DNA of 64,000 bases from Sulfolobales archaeon (GTDB taxonomy: Archaea > Thermoproteota > Thermoprotei_A > Sulfolobales > AG1). Positions 20,238-31,138 of this stretch are shown piece by piece (within the stretch, counting starts at the first letter, position 1; each line of letters opens with the position of its first letter). Where the stretch lies: assembly GCA_038867615.1 (NCBI GenBank), contig JAWBYA010000003.1, positions 1 to 64,000 on the forward strand, read 5' to 3'. The position numbers and the translations under genes are program-made. The notes under the pieces are model-generated. The model did not search any database, was not told where the DNA came from, and worked only from the letters and a program-made list of their open reading frames with translations.

Positions 20238-23200
20238 TCACATAAGATTGTATTTCCTTAGCTCCTCATAAAGATCGCTTATTATCTCCTCATACTCAGC
20301 CTTGCCACCTTCTACAAGATCCATTTTCTCCTCAAGCCTCCTTGTTCTCTCAGCACTAACAAGACCCGTGTATTCTTTTGATAGGTATTCATAGACCCTC
20401 CTACCATATTTGTTAGGCACCAAATAACCCATTTTTCTGAGAACACTCCTAACAATATATCTTCTTAGGATCACATCGACGATCTTAGCATAAGTGCTAG
20501 GCCTCCCTATCCCCTCCTGCTTCATCAATCTAACGATATCCCCAGGTGTATAAAGCCTATCTCCTCTAAAAAGCTCGTTCTGAACAACTATATCCCAGGA
20601 TCTCCCGATCATATTCCTTGGAAACACTCTATATGGATGGCTATAGAACTCAATAAAACCTGGCTCTATATAGCTGCACAGCTCTTCAGACACGTGATCC
20701 CCTATTAGACCATCCTTACCAACTATCTCGAAACGAACCATGCACATCTCAACCTTGGCAGGGATCGATTGGCTGGCTATGAACCTCCTGAAGATAAGAT
20801 CATAAACCCTCAAATGATCCCTAGATAACCTTATATCGATCATGCCCTCAGCTATCATCTTCTCAAGCATACCACGATCCAAGGGCCTTGTCGGCCTTAT
20901 AGCTTCATGAGCGCCTCCCTCACCCCATTTCCTAACGTGTATGAAATTCTGCTTCCCTATCTCCGACAGGTAGTTTTTAGCAACCTCTATCCCCACGTCA
21001 GATACCCTTGTTGAGTCTGTTCTATGATATGTTATCAGCCCGGCCTCGAATAGATCTTGGGCTATAGCCATAACCTTCGGTGCATCGATCTTCAGGTATT
21101 GTGATGCGTCAACAAGCAGTGAGTCGGTAGTATATGGGGGTAATGGATTAAGACTCTCCTCCCATGTTTTCTCAAGCTTTATATTGATTGTTATCTTCTC
21201 GCCAATACTAGGCACCCTCGAGAGCTTCGATACAGGTATCTCGAGATAATATGAAGCCTCGCCCCCATCTCCAAGCCTTATTACGAGGAACTTCTTCTTC
21301 TTATTCTCCCTAGCAGACCTAACGATCCATCCGAGAACCGGTGTCTGAACCCTTCCGGCGCTGAGCCTATACTTGGGACACAGTTCTTTATCCTCACTAC
21401 ATATGTAGTCGGTTACTTTCTGGGATAGCGTGAAGCCTATCCACCTATCCTCGATCCTTCTGACAAACTGGGCCTTGACTCTATTGATGTCTATATCCCT
21501 CGGGTTATCAATAGCACTCATAAAAGCCCTTCTAGTAACCTCGTGGAACTCTATCCTCTTGATCTTGTTATTATACGGGGATAGGGCTACATATAGATCA
21601 AAAGCTATCTTCTCTCCCTCTGTATCTGGGTCTGTTGCTATGTATATCTCGTCAACCTCGAGGGCTATCTTTCTGAGAGCTCTAACAATATTTCTGCTAT
21701 CCTTGATATTCTGGGAACCGCATATAGGGCATTTTAGAGACCCCTCAATAGTATCTGATGTGAACTGATACCCACAGTCCAGACACCTCTTTATCGTCGT
21801 ATATACTGGTATGTATGTTCCATTACTGACTACAACACCATGGAGCGAGCCGTTATAGAGCTCATTGTCTGTATCATCAACTGCGAGGTCATATATATGG
21901 CCACCGCTAGCTGTTATCAAGAGTGTTAGTTTTCCTAGAGAGGCTTCATATACTCTAATACCGTCTATCTCCCTCATACTCGGTCTTCCGAAGAAACCAG
22001 CTATTGTTCTAGCCTTATTAGGAGATTCAACGAGGACCAAGACTGTTTTTGTAAGCGTCTCTATAGGTGTTCCTGTTACTTCCTGGAACTTACCCTCTCT
22101 GGCCTTCACTATATTATTTCTATCACGCTCGATCTCTTTTATAACCTCGTCTAGATCTATCGACTTAAGCTCTCTCAACACAAACTCCTCAGAAAACAGC
22201 CTAAGCCTTCTCTCAAGGCCTTTCAGAAGCCTATGATCCTTCTCAAATATTATTGAGAGGCCTTTGGATATTCCTCCAACATATAGTCTCGACGTCCTCC
22301 CACTAGCCTGTATATATGTAGCCCAATCAGGTATATCCACGTAGATCTTATTACCACGTTTGCTCACTCTTACATATGGATTCTTCTTAAGCTTTGACAC
22401 GAAGCTCTCGTCGGCTAGAAGCATATTAACTGTATCGATCGCGCTCTTAATAGTCTTCTCGGTGTTGCTCTCAACACTACCCCTCATAACCTTCTCAAAA
22501 ACTTCTCTGAGGTACGATGAAGAGCTTCTTCTAATAATCCTCAGGATTTTATTAAGGATGCCCAGAATCTCGTCCTTCTTGCCAGGATCCACAACGTCTA
22601 GAGAGAGTTCAAGAATCCTTGATATATCGAATAGATCCATCTGCTCCAAGTCAAGGGGTATCCTGTGCCTAGGTGCTTCTAGGAATATTGCGTATTTAAT
22701 TATATCTGGGAGATCTATTCCTCTCACGGCAACACCATAGTATGTAGAGACCCCCACTATCACATCTATCTCTCTTCTAGCAAACTTATCGATAACCTTG
22801 ACATTCTTACTAGTTAAGGACGAGACTCTTAATCCTGTTCTTTTAGATAGCTCCTGTGCTACTTTCTCGGCATACTCAACGCCAAGGTCTTTAGGTACAT
22901 ATACTATGCCTCCTGACCCTATCTTTTTTATGATCTCTGAGGCCTCTTTGACCATATCTTTACGGCTTTTCACAATGCTGTAGGTGTCAACAACGTTTCT
23001 TATAACATCATGCCTGCTACCAATCTCAAACCCAAAGATCTCTCTTAAAACCTTGATCCCCCTACCCCTGGCCCTGCCAGTAGCACTGCTAATAATAAGG
23101 ATCACGTGGCTCTTTTTAGAAGCCTCAATGATTCTCTTAAGCTCTCTTATTCTTAAGAGATCCTCGGCGTTCTCTCTTAATGCTAGCCTTGTTTTCAGAC

Positions 23201-24032
23201 TCACTATTTCTTCAGCCTTCTTAATTATGTCTTCTCCTATACCCATGGCTTCGAAGACTTGATATAGGATCTTGCCTCCCTTAAGTATAGCGTCCACGTC
23301 ATCGACAAAGAAGAAGTTGAACTTCCCGGCAAGTAGTTTCACATTATCTTTATTTCTGAAGAACGCTGATGTTGTTATAAATATATTGAAATCTCCTTCA
23401 GACAGCTTATTAAGCGTCTCCCTACGCTTACTCAGCGAGATCTTGCTATGATAAATTATAATTTTTTCCTCGTCTAGGGATAGTTTTCTTGCATACTCAG
23501 TAGCTTTCTTAAACACTTGACTGGCTAGAGGTATTGTAGGTACTATAAGGATCGATCTAAATCCTTGTTTGTGTGCTAGATAGATAGCCATAATAATGCC
23601 AAAAGTGGTTTTCCCAACACCAGTAGGTGCTACTAACGAGAAGCTAGACCCCCTAAAGATCCTCTTAGCCCACATTATCTGAACACTCCAGGGATCTCTG
23701 CCAATGCATTTCCTAAAGATCTCTGAAAACTCTTTTACAGATTCCTCGATCCTAATAAGCTCCTCATACCCAAGGTCGCTTTTTCTAAGCTTTCCACCCA
23801 GAACCAACGCCCTATAGATCTTCATGTGCAGATCCTTGATCTCTAATCTCTCAGTAAGCTCCAGATCCCTATCATCTATACACCGTCTACATGGGATTCC
23901 GAGGGCAAGTCTATCGCTGGATTCTGAAAAACCGCAATTAGGACAAGCCCATCTATACACAGCTGGAGGAACTCTATAGCCCAGGAGCTTTTCAGCGATC
24001 TCTCTTGTCATTAGTTCCACTGCACTAACCAA
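20238..24032 (-). CDS. rgy: Reverse gyrase
   Basis: N-terminal Zn finger, APTGVGKTT, DDVD, QASGRTSR, VESPNKA, DPDTEGE, ITYHRTDS, GIGRPSTY. Confidence 0.98.
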   Translation of the reverse strand: MVSAVELMTREIAEKLLGYRVPPAVYRWACPNCGFSESSDRLALGIPCRRCIDDRDLELTERLEIKDLHMKIYRALVLGGKLRKSDLGYEELIRIEESVKEFSEIFRKCIGRDPWSVQIMWAKRIFRGSSFSLVAPTGVGKTTFGIIMAIYLAHKQGFRSILIVPTIPLASQVFKKATEYARKLSLDEEKIIIYHSKISLSKRRETLNKLSEGDFNIFITTSAFFRNKDNVKLLAGKFNFFFVDDVDAILKGGKILYQVFEAMGIGEDIIKKAEEIVSLKTRLALRENAEDLLRIRELKRIIEASKKSHVILIISSATGRARGRGIKVLREIFGFEIGSRHDVIRNVVDTYSIVKSRKDMVKEASEIIKKIGSGGIVYVPKDLGVEYAEKVAQELSKRTGLRVSSLTSKNVKVIDKFARREIDVIVGVSTYYGVAVRGIDLPDIIKYAIFLEAPRHRIPLDLEQMDLFDISRILELSLDVVDPGKKDEILGILNKILRIIRRSSSSYLREVFEKVMRGSVESNTEKTIKSAIDTVNMLLADESFVSKLKKNPYVRVSKRGNKIYVDIPDWATYIQASGRTSRLYVGGISKGLSIIFEKDHRLLKGLERRLRLFSEEFVLRELKSIDLDEVIKEIERDRNNIVKAREGKFQEVTGTPIETLTKTVLVLVESPNKARTIAGFFGRPSMREIDGIRVYEASLGKLTLLITASGGHIYDLAVDDTDNELYNGSLHGVVVSNGTYIPVYTTIKRCLDCGYQFTSDTIEGSLKCPICGSQNIKDSRNIVRALRKIALEVDEIYIATDPDTEGEKIAFDLYVALSPYNNKIKRIEFHEVTRRAFMSAIDNPRDIDINRVKAQFVRRIEDRWIGFTLSQKVTDYICSEDKELCPKYRLSAGRVQTPVLGWIVRSARENKKKKFLVIRLGDGGEASYYLEIPVSKLSRVPSIGEKITINIKLEKTWEESLNPLPPYTTDSLLVDASQYLKIDAPKVMAIAQDLFEAGLITYHRTDSTRVSDVGIEVAKNYLSEIGKQNFIHVRKWGEGGAHEAIRPTRPLDRGMLEKMIAEGMIDIRLSRDHLRVYDLIFRRFIASQSIPAKVEMCMVRFEIVGKDGLIGDHVSEELCSYIEPGFIEFYSHPYRVFPRNMIGRSWDIVVQNELFRGDRLYTPGDIVRLMKQEGIGRPSTYAKIVDVILRRYIVRSVLRKMGYLVPNKYGRRVYEYLSKEYTGLVSAERTRRLEEKMDLVEGGKAEYEEIISDLYEELRKYNLM

Positions 24033-24487
24033 AATATATAAAAATGAATGTTCCTAATATATAGCGCTACGTATTACCATTTAAGGATCTGTTATAAGCT
24101 ATTAATTCCACCATACAGTAAGCAGTGATTGCCACAACACAGATCTCTGTGCAAAAATGTTTTTATCAAAGCATGAAAGAAGCATCAGGTTTCGGTTTCA
24201 TGAACGTCTATGATGATCCTTCTCAACTTCATAACGATTCTCTTCACAAGGCTAAGTAAGCAGAATAAATAAAAACACACAGCTACCTTCTTTTCGATAT
24301 CTATGAGGATTTTTAATGATTCGGCGATGTGTTGGTTTCAATACCAGCCCTATATAGTGATAAGAGCCCTGGAGGTTTGCAAGACAAGCGACCACCATAG
24401 ATCTGAGAAGCCTAACTACACTCTAAGTAACGATCACCGTTGCTTGAAGAGTGATAGTTTTAAAATACTCCTAGGAAAAATCTATGG

Positions 24488-25525
24488 ATGCCTCTGTTGG
24501 GCATAACAGAGGATCTAGCTAGCATAACATGTCGGGGCGCCGTTATAGTTGGTAGAAACCTTTCTATAGATGGGCACGAGAATAATAGACTGAGGGTTGT
24601 TACACATGCACACTCGGATCACATGGTAGATATAGTTGAATCTATAAGGAACAGCCCTAAGATAATAGCACACCCAGCTACTTTCGAGATCATGGAGATC
24701 TTAGGTGTAACGATCCCGAGGGATAAAATCTATAAAGTCAATTACGGAGAGAAAATAGACCTGAGAGACGGCGCAATCAGAATCCTAAAGAGCAAACATA
24801 TATTGGGTTCCATCCAGATCCTCTACACAATGGAGAACGGTGCTTCTATAACATATACAGGTGATTTTAAAGATCCTGGAGGCGGAACCGAGATACCTGA
24901 GAGCGATATAATTATAACTGAAGCCACCTATGGCTCGCCTGATTACGTGAGACCATTCAAAGATATTGTAGAAGAGCTTTTAGCAGATCTCGTGTCCCAA
25001 TTGCTCTCAAGAGGACCTCTCATAATCAAGGCATACTATGGAAAACAACAAGAGGTGATGAATATACTGAGAAACTATGGCATAGAAGCCCCATTCGTGG
25101 CTGATAATAAGGTTTATAGGATCTCAAAAATAGCTGAAAAATACGGCCTAAGAATCGGCGACATACTATTAAAGGGCACAACAGAAGCTGAGGAAATAGC
25201 TAGACAGGGGTGGTATATATATTTCACACACACAACAGCAAGGGATCTACTAAACAATGCCTATGGATATAAATACACAATACTACGTCTCACAGGTTGG
25301 GAGAAAACACTCTATAGAGCTATCGATCAAAACACCTATGTCTTTGCATTCAGCGGACACTCGGATTTCGAAGAGCTATTGACGTACGTGGAGAGCGCAA
25401 AACCGAAACTCGTAATAGTAGATGCCTATAGAGGGAATAAAAATGCAGTCAGATTCTCCACATATTTAGAGAAAAAACTTGGAATAAGATCAAAACCCCT
25501 CCCACAACAAACACTATGCTACTAG
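24488..25525 (+). CDS. MBL-fold nuclease (COG1236-like)
   Basis: THAHSDH, HILGS, YTGDF, EATYG, FSGHSDF. Confidence 0.85.
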   Translation: MPLLGITEDLASITCRGAVIVGRNLSIDGHENNRLRVVTHAHSDHMVDIVESIRNSPKIIAHPATFEIMEILGVTIPRDKIYKVNYGEKIDLRDGAIRILKSKHILGSIQILYTMENGASITYTGDFKDPGGGTEIPESDIIITEATYGSPDYVRPFKDIVEELLADLVSQLLSRGPLIIKAYYGKQQEVMNILRNYGIEAPFVADNKVYRISKIAEKYGLRIGDILLKGTTEAEEIARQGWYIYFTHTTARDLLNNAYGYKYTILRLTGWEKTLYRAIDQNTYVFAFSGHSDFEELLTYVESAKPKLVIVDAYRGNKNAVRFSTYLEKKLGIRSKPLPQQTLCY

Positions 25526-25662
25526 AGGATCCATAAATATCTAGAGAAAATCTGGCTTTAACCAGTAAGCTGGAGAGCACTAGCCAGACCCAAAATATTA
25601 ACACTTATTTCGAAGCGGGACAAGATAAACAGGCTTAGCTACTTAATACTCCACCATAGCTA

Positions 25663-25920
25663 CTAGTTCTGCTCAACAATAGCCTCAGAAAGCGGTATCA
25701 ACTCTTCTTCGCCACTAGCATACCTCCTCCTAATTATTATCGGCACAACCCCTCTTCTTACCTCCTCACGCGCTATCTCCACAGGATCCTTGATGCCGAG
25801 TTCTTCAATATCTATAAGAGGTGGTGCTCCCAAGGCTAGCTGTAATGCCCTTGCAGCTACAGCCCTAGCATACTCGTATCTAGTAAGTTTCTTGCTCCTA
25901 AGCTTGTATATAGGGGTCAT
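25663..25920 (-). CDS. rpo6: DNA-directed RNA polymerase subunit Rpo6 (K/omega)
   Basis: LTRYEYARAVAARALQLALGAP...IAREE...PIIIRR; ATG at 25920. Confidence 0.95.
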   Translation of the reverse strand: MTPIYKLRSKKLTRYEYARAVAARALQLALGAPPLIDIEELGIKDPVEIAREEVRRGVVPIIIRRRYASGEEELIPLSEAIVEQN

Positions 25921-25931
25921 TGTAACCTGCT

Positions 25932-26197
25932 CCGTTTGCTCCTGGACATTGATCGATTGCTTCTGATGCTCCTTCACATCCAGTGACTTTGTCCTCGCTC
26001 GTGCAGAGGCTGCGATCCTTGTTGATTCGTGAGTTGCTGTCGAGCCCAACAGCACGGGGCTCTCATCTAGGATGGGCTCCAGGCGGTTTGGAGCAATGCT
26101 CCCATCACCACCCAGAGCCGGTATGAAAATCAACGTATCACCAAAAACCATTTTAATCAATGCTTATAAATATCCCTCTAGACATAAGCGAGGAGCC
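25932..26197 (-). mobile_element. Diverged family B tnpB-derived element directly upstream of rpo6
   Basis: Minus strand reads ctgggtggtgatgggagca..gctccaa..ctagatgagagccccgtgc...tccaggagcaaacgg, homologous to 826-1010. Confidence 0.75.
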
Positions 26198-26483
26198 GGT
26201 TATTGGTGTTTAGGCTTCACTGCGTTTTCCCATATCAACCGCTTTTCTCTCGGCTTCCTCGGCCTCAGAGTCCCTTTCATCGGAGCCCATATCACTGGCC
26301 TCCACCTATTCGGTGTGATCCCGATCTATGACTCTTCTTTGTTGTGTTGTTCTGCTAAGTGCTGTGGTGAAACCCCTTATCTCGGCTCTGCCGCAAAATA
26401 ACCTATATAATGCCCCCACAGAGCTATGAGCTTAATACCAAACCATATAGACCATCACGAAAAACAAACAACTGATCATGGCA
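26196..26483 (-). mobile_element. Family A tnpB-derived element, full copy
   Basis: Homologous over its length to 43923-44203. Minus strand encodes TnpB-C-terminus-like remnants (AEIRGFTT; IGITPNRWRPVIWAPMKGTLRP) and ends ...ataaccGG. Confidence 0.8.
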
Positions 26484-26744
26484 TCTAAGATTACAATAAA
26501 CGCGATAGTTATAAGTAGAAATGAATCTTCTTCATGGGCATTAAAAAGAAGCGGTGCAGTACTATGCCGCTATCTTTTGCTCCCAGTAAATATTGATACA
26601 GAGGAATCATAGGAATCATATATAAACTTGCCTGGCACTTATTGGTTCTAAATATCTCTTCGACGGTACACCTAGGAGAAAAACCTTTAGTGCTTGGAAT
26701 ATATTGGATCGATATTCCTTATGTTATTTCGACCCATTATCCTT

Positions 26745-28427
26745 CTAATCAAACTCAGGAGTCTTAAAGCCCTCCTCTTCCTTACCCTCTTTTCCTTTCT
26801 TCTCCTCTTTCTTAGGAGCAGCTCCTATCACGTCATCTATCTTTAGCAACGATGTCGCAGCCTCGACAGCTGCCTTAATAACCTGTTTCTTCACCAGAAC
26901 AGGGTCTATCACATTTATCCTTGTCATATCATCCACTATTCTTGCGTTTAGAACATCTATACCAGCATTGATCTTACCCTCTGCGTGGTGTTTCCTGAGG
27001 TTCATTATCGTGTCAAGAACATCCATGCCTGCTGTGTTGGCAAGTATCGCTGCTATCTCTTCAACAGCGTCTGCGAACGCCTGGAAGGCTAGCTGCTCCT
27101 TGCCGCCAACACTCTCAGCAATCTTTCTCAGCCTTAGTGCAAGCTCGATCTCTATGGCTCCTCCTCCAGCCACGATCTTTGGCTCTCTAATTATGTTTCT
27201 AACAGCATGTAGACCGTCGTTAAGGCTTCTCTCTGTCTCGTCGAGGATCATGTCGTTAGCGCCTCTGAGGAGAATCGTCACAGCCTTGGGGTTCTTAGCA
27301 CCTTCCACAAACACCATTTTATCGTTACCGACCTTCCTTTCCTCAACAAGCTCTGCATAGCCCAGATCCTTCTCTGTTAGATCTCTTATACTTGTAACAA
27401 TTCTTCCTCCTGTTGCTCTCTCGAGCTTCTCCATATCGCTCCTCTTAACCCTCCTAACAGCAAGTATACCCTTCTTGGCCAGGAAGTGCTGGGCAACATC
27501 ATCAATACCCTTCTGGCAGATAACAACATTAGCACCAACAGCAGCGATCTTATCAACCATATCCTTAAGCATCTTAGCCTCCTCATCGAGGAAAGCCTTT
27601 ATCTGATCAGGCGAGGTTATGCTTATCTTAGCAGTTATCTCGGGCTTCTCGATCTCGAGGGGAGCGTCTAGAAGCGCTATTCTGGCATTTACAACCCTTC
27701 TAGGCATGCCTGGATGAACAACCTCTTTGTCGAGAACTACACCGCGTATCAACCTAGAGTCGAGCAGCGAGCCGCCCTTCTTCTTCTCGATCTTAACGTT
27801 ATCCAATACAACCTCATATCTCTCTCCCCTCTTCTCAGTGGCTATTAATGCTGCCTCGACCGTCATGTCTATGAGCTTGTCGATCACATCCGGTGTGGCT
27901 ATGTACTTGCTAGCCAGTATCGAGTTTAGAACCTTCTTCAGCTCTTCTTTTGATTTCGCGAAACCCTCAGGAGTCTCGATATCAGCTATAGGTACTTTAA
28001 TCGACACCTCATCGAGTATATTTAGCGCGTGTTCCAAAGCCTTCTTATAGCCTTCTATTATTATCGTCGGATGTATATTCTGATCCAGGAGCCTCTCCGC
28101 CTTCTCAAGAAGAGAACTTGCAAGAACCACCACAGAGGTTGTTCCGTCGCCAACCTCAGCATCAACAGCCTTGGCAGTCTCGACCAGCAGCTTAGCTGCA
28201 GGGTGCTGGATCTCCATCTCCTTAACTATAGTTGCACCATCATTGGTAACAGTAACATCACCAAAGCTGTCTACCAGCATCTTATCAAGTCCTCTTGGAC
28301 CGAGGCTTGTTTTAAGAACCTCTCCTAGAGCCCTTGCAGCAAGTATATTGCTTCTAAGAGCCTGCCTGCCAACGGTCCTCTGAGTCCCCTCTTTCAGTAT
28401 AAGAACAGGTATCCCGTATGCCGCCAA
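26745..28427 (-). CDS. thsA: Thermosome (group II chaperonin) alpha subunit
   Basis: [29 protein letters not shown]; likely TTG start ([14 protein letters not shown]). Confidence 0.95.
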   Translation of the reverse strand: MAAYGIPVLILKEGTQRTVGRQALRSNILAARALGEVLKTSLGPRGLDKMLVDSFGDVTVTNDGATIVKEMEIQHPAAKLLVETAKAVDAEVGDGTTSVVVLASSLLEKAERLLDQNIHPTIIIEGYKKALEHALNILDEVSIKVPIADIETPEGFAKSKEELKKVLNSILASKYIATPDVIDKLIDMTVEAALIATEKRGERYEVVLDNVKIEKKKGGSLLDSRLIRGVVLDKEVVHPGMPRRVVNARIALLDAPLEIEKPEITAKISITSPDQIKAFLDEEAKMLKDMVDKIAAVGANVVICQKGIDDVAQHFLAKKGILAVRRVKRSDMEKLERATGGRIVTSIRDLTEKDLGYAELVEERKVGNDKMVFVEGAKNPKAVTILLRGANDMILDETERSLNDGLHAVRNIIREPKIVAGGGAIEIELALRLRKIAESVGGKEQLAFQAFADAVEEIAAILANTAGMDVLDTIMNLRKHHAEGKINAGIDVLNARIVDDMTRINVIDPVLVKKQVIKAAVEAATSLLKIDDVIGAAPKKEEKKGKEGKEEEGFKTPEFD

Positions 28428-28655
28428 CCAGTTCACCGAATCCTAATAGCATGGCTTCTATATAAGCTTTTCCATGATCGGTTTAAAGCATCGTTCCAGA
28501 AAAAGATGCTCAAAGCCTAGGCAAAACATGCGAAGAAGTCCTATTATACTCAATATAGCCTGCATCGAGACTACAAGTAATGAGTAGGTATTGATAGAGA
28601 AAACAAGGATCAAAATCCTCAAGACCTCCTTGATAACAGGTACAATTAATCCTTA

Positions 28656-29408
28656 TCAGAGATCATGGGTTTTAATCGAGGCTTTTTCATACCTCAACTT
28701 CTTATCCTCATACTCATCTCTTCTCATCACAACCCTTGCCGGTATACCCATAACAACCATATTGTCTGGTACATCTCTAGTCACTATAGAGCCTGCTGCA
28801 ACCACCGCTCTCTTTCCTATCCTAACACCGGCTATGATCGTTGAGTTTGCTCCTATAACTGCGCCCTCCTCTACTATGGTTTCAACAAGCCTCCTGCTAG
28901 GGGGATACTTATCGTTAGTGAACACAACCCTCGGACCTATAAACACATTATCCTTTATCACAACCATCGAGGGTATATATACTCCTGACTGTATACTTAC
29001 ACCACTACCTATAGCTACATGCCCATCCACTATGGTACCGCTTCCTATCAACGTATTATCCCCAACACGGCTATCCTCTCTTATCAACACATGGTGCCCC
29101 GTCTTAACCCTATCTCCAATATATACTCTCTCATAGATCACCACATGTGATCTTATAACGCACTGGCTACCAATCACAGCCCCAGCACCTATATCAACAT
29201 CGTCGACTTGGGGATAATGTAACGCTTGGGTCTCTTCATAAGCCGTGTTTTTATTGTATAGATATATCTTCTCCAAGGTCTCTTTCGACGGGTAGCCAAT
29301 AATAGAGTACCCCCCTATATAGCTTTTATCACCTATCCTCGACTCACCATAAATGATCGCTGTTCTCTCCACAATAGCCTTACCTACCGAAGCTTTCCTA
29401 GAGATCAT
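28656..29408 (-). CDS. Left-handed beta-helix (hexapeptide) acyltransferase, sugar N-acetyltransferase-like
   Basis: Hexapeptide repeats, FTNDKYP, IGANSTI, AAGSIVTRDVP, GIPAR. Confidence 0.9.
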   Translation of the reverse strand: MISRKASVGKAIVERTAIIYGESRIGDKSYIGGYSIIGYPSKETLEKIYLYNKNTAYEETQALHYPQVDDVDIGAGAVIGSQCVIRSHVVIYERVYIGDRVKTGHHVLIREDSRVGDNTLIGSGTIVDGHVAIGSGVSIQSGVYIPSMVVIKDNVFIGPRVVFTNDKYPPSRRLVETIVEEGAVIGANSTIIAGVRIGKRAVVAAGSIVTRDVPDNMVVMGIPARVVMRRDEYEDKKLRYEKASIKTHDL

Positions 29409-29457
29409 AGCCCTAGTAACGTTTTATAAGGAGGGCTAATATGTAGGGGGTGATATA

Positions 29458-29736
29458 ATGGATCTGGTATCCTTTGTTAGGCAACTCACAGTACAGGTTA
29501 TGGTTGTAGCATGGGGGATCTTCATACTCACCTGGATCGTTGGCTGGGCTCTCAGAGGATCGCCAATACCTCTCACAAGGATCAAGAAAACGGGACACTC
29601 GCTAATAGAAGATGCTATCTGGGCTGCTTTTTGGCTTGCAATGGGTGGGACTGTGTTTTCCTTGATAACATATATAGTATCACAGATAGGGATCCCAGCA
29701 CCCCCACCACCTGTAAACACTACTATAGGAGGCTAG
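29458..29736 (+). CDS. cedA1: DNA import protein CedA1 (pilin-like)
   Basis: AWGIFILTWIVGWALRGSPIP..RIKKTG..LIEDAIWAAFWLAMGGTVF is the Ced pilin signature. Confidence 0.85.
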   Translation: MDLVSFVRQLTVQVMVVAWGIFILTWIVGWALRGSPIPLTRIKKTGHSLIEDAIWAAFWLAMGGTVFSLITYIVSQIGIPAPPPPVNTTIGG

Positions 29737-29750
29737 CACAGGGCTGACCA

Positions 29751-31115
29751 ATGCTCCAAGTAAGCCAAGCGTTGGAGCTCTCATTCTATCTAGGTTTGTT
29801 GAACTACGCGGTAGGATCCCTACTTCTAGGTAGCCCCCTCCCATTCCCAAGCGTGAAAAGAATAGGCGTTATCCTTATGAAGGATGCAATGGTTATCTGG
29901 ATCCTTGCATCATCATTCACATTAATACTCAACCTGCTAAGCTATATAAGAGACGCTCTTGGCCTAAGCTGGACTGATCTCAGCATATGGCTGACGGGCT
30001 TATTGATCAACATAACCAGCCTGATGGGGATTCTAAGAACACTCTCATCAATGCTAGGCCCGATCTCACCATATGTAGCGCCTATAATATCCAACCTGGT
30101 CTCTCTTCTCTCAACCTCTCTTCTAAGCGTGCTAGCACTCCAGATCTTGAGCCTGATAGTTCGCACAAAGGCTCCAGACTTGATAGCTATAGGTATCCTA
30201 ATATACTCAATACCAATGGGTTTTTTCAAAAGAGCAGGATCAATCATTATCTCCTTCGCAATAATATTCTCAATAGCCCTTCCCGCAATGCCGATGTTCA
30301 CAACGATGTTTCTACCAGGATCGGGACAGATCTCTAGCAATAGCTATCCACACCCAACTATCCTTGTAAAAGATCTAACTGGAGGGGTTCTGAGCGATTC
30401 ATTACTACACATATACCAAACGCCCGAGAAAACACCTGAAAGCGAGGTTGCCATAGTACCTGTTAATGAGTATGGATTAGCCCAGCTAAATATAACCCCA
30501 GGGCTTCCAGCCAACAGAGACTATTATTTCTCCCTAGAGATGTTTGGATGGATGTTCTACTCAGGCTCAACAATAAAACCCGGGATCGAGTGCATAGTGT
30601 CTCCCTGTATATATGAGATAACAATAGACGGTATACTTGTTTCCGACGCCCCCTATATATTGATCCACACACCACAGTCTCTAACAACATATGTGGTTGT
30701 GAAAGACATCGAGAACAAATATTTCAATATAACAATGAGCTTAACAAGTAAATCAACCCTCGTAATAACAACACCAGTCTACACAGTAATAGAGGAGGTT
30801 CTAATCGATGGAAAACCCGTTTCCTGGGATGAAAGAAGGTCTTGGAACTGGGCTGGAGTGCGGGGATATGATTACTACGCATTACTCGAAGCAGGAGCCC
30901 ATACAGTAGAGCTGAGATATGCGAAGGGATCGCCATCAAAGCCGTTATTGCAACAATACATTTACTATAATATCCAGCAAGAAGATCTATCGACTATGTT
31001 TTCAAACATAATCCTGATACTCTTCGCATCAACAGTCTTCCCCACAGTATATCTAACACTGCTTGTAATGGCCACATATTCCCTAGCAAGATTCATAGAG
31101 AAAGGATTTAGATAA
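29751..31115 (+). CDS. cedA: DNA import membrane protein CedA, extended form
   Basis: N-terminal GSLLLGSPLPFPSVKRIG..LMKDA pilin-like motif, several TM helices, directly downstream of cedA1. Confidence 0.75.
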   Translation: MLQVSQALELSFYLGLLNYAVGSLLLGSPLPFPSVKRIGVILMKDAMVIWILASSFTLILNLLSYIRDALGLSWTDLSIWLTGLLINITSLMGILRTLSSMLGPISPYVAPIISNLVSLLSTSLLSVLALQILSLIVRTKAPDLIAIGILIYSIPMGFFKRAGSIIISFAIIFSIALPAMPMFTTMFLPGSGQISSNSYPHPTILVKDLTGGVLSDSLLHIYQTPEKTPESEVAIVPVNEYGLAQLNITPGLPANRDYYFSLEMFGWMFYSGSTIKPGIECIVSPCIYEITIDGILVSDAPYILIHTPQSLTTYVVVKDIENKYFNITMSLTSKSTLVITTPVYTVIEEVLIDGKPVSWDERRSWNWAGVRGYDYYALLEAGAHTVELRYAKGSPSKPLLQQYIYYNIQQEDLSTMFSNIILILFASTVFPTVYLTLLVMATYSLARFIEKGFR

Positions 31116-31138
31116 CCCTATCCTCAATCCCGAGTATT

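Noticed and set aside
20238-24032. Intein in reverse gyrase
   Set aside because: Length (1264 aa) and motif order are normal; no intein signatures.
24357-24406. Possible C/D sRNA (GTGATAA...CTGA)
   Set aside because: No convincing D'/C' boxes and no recognisable target.
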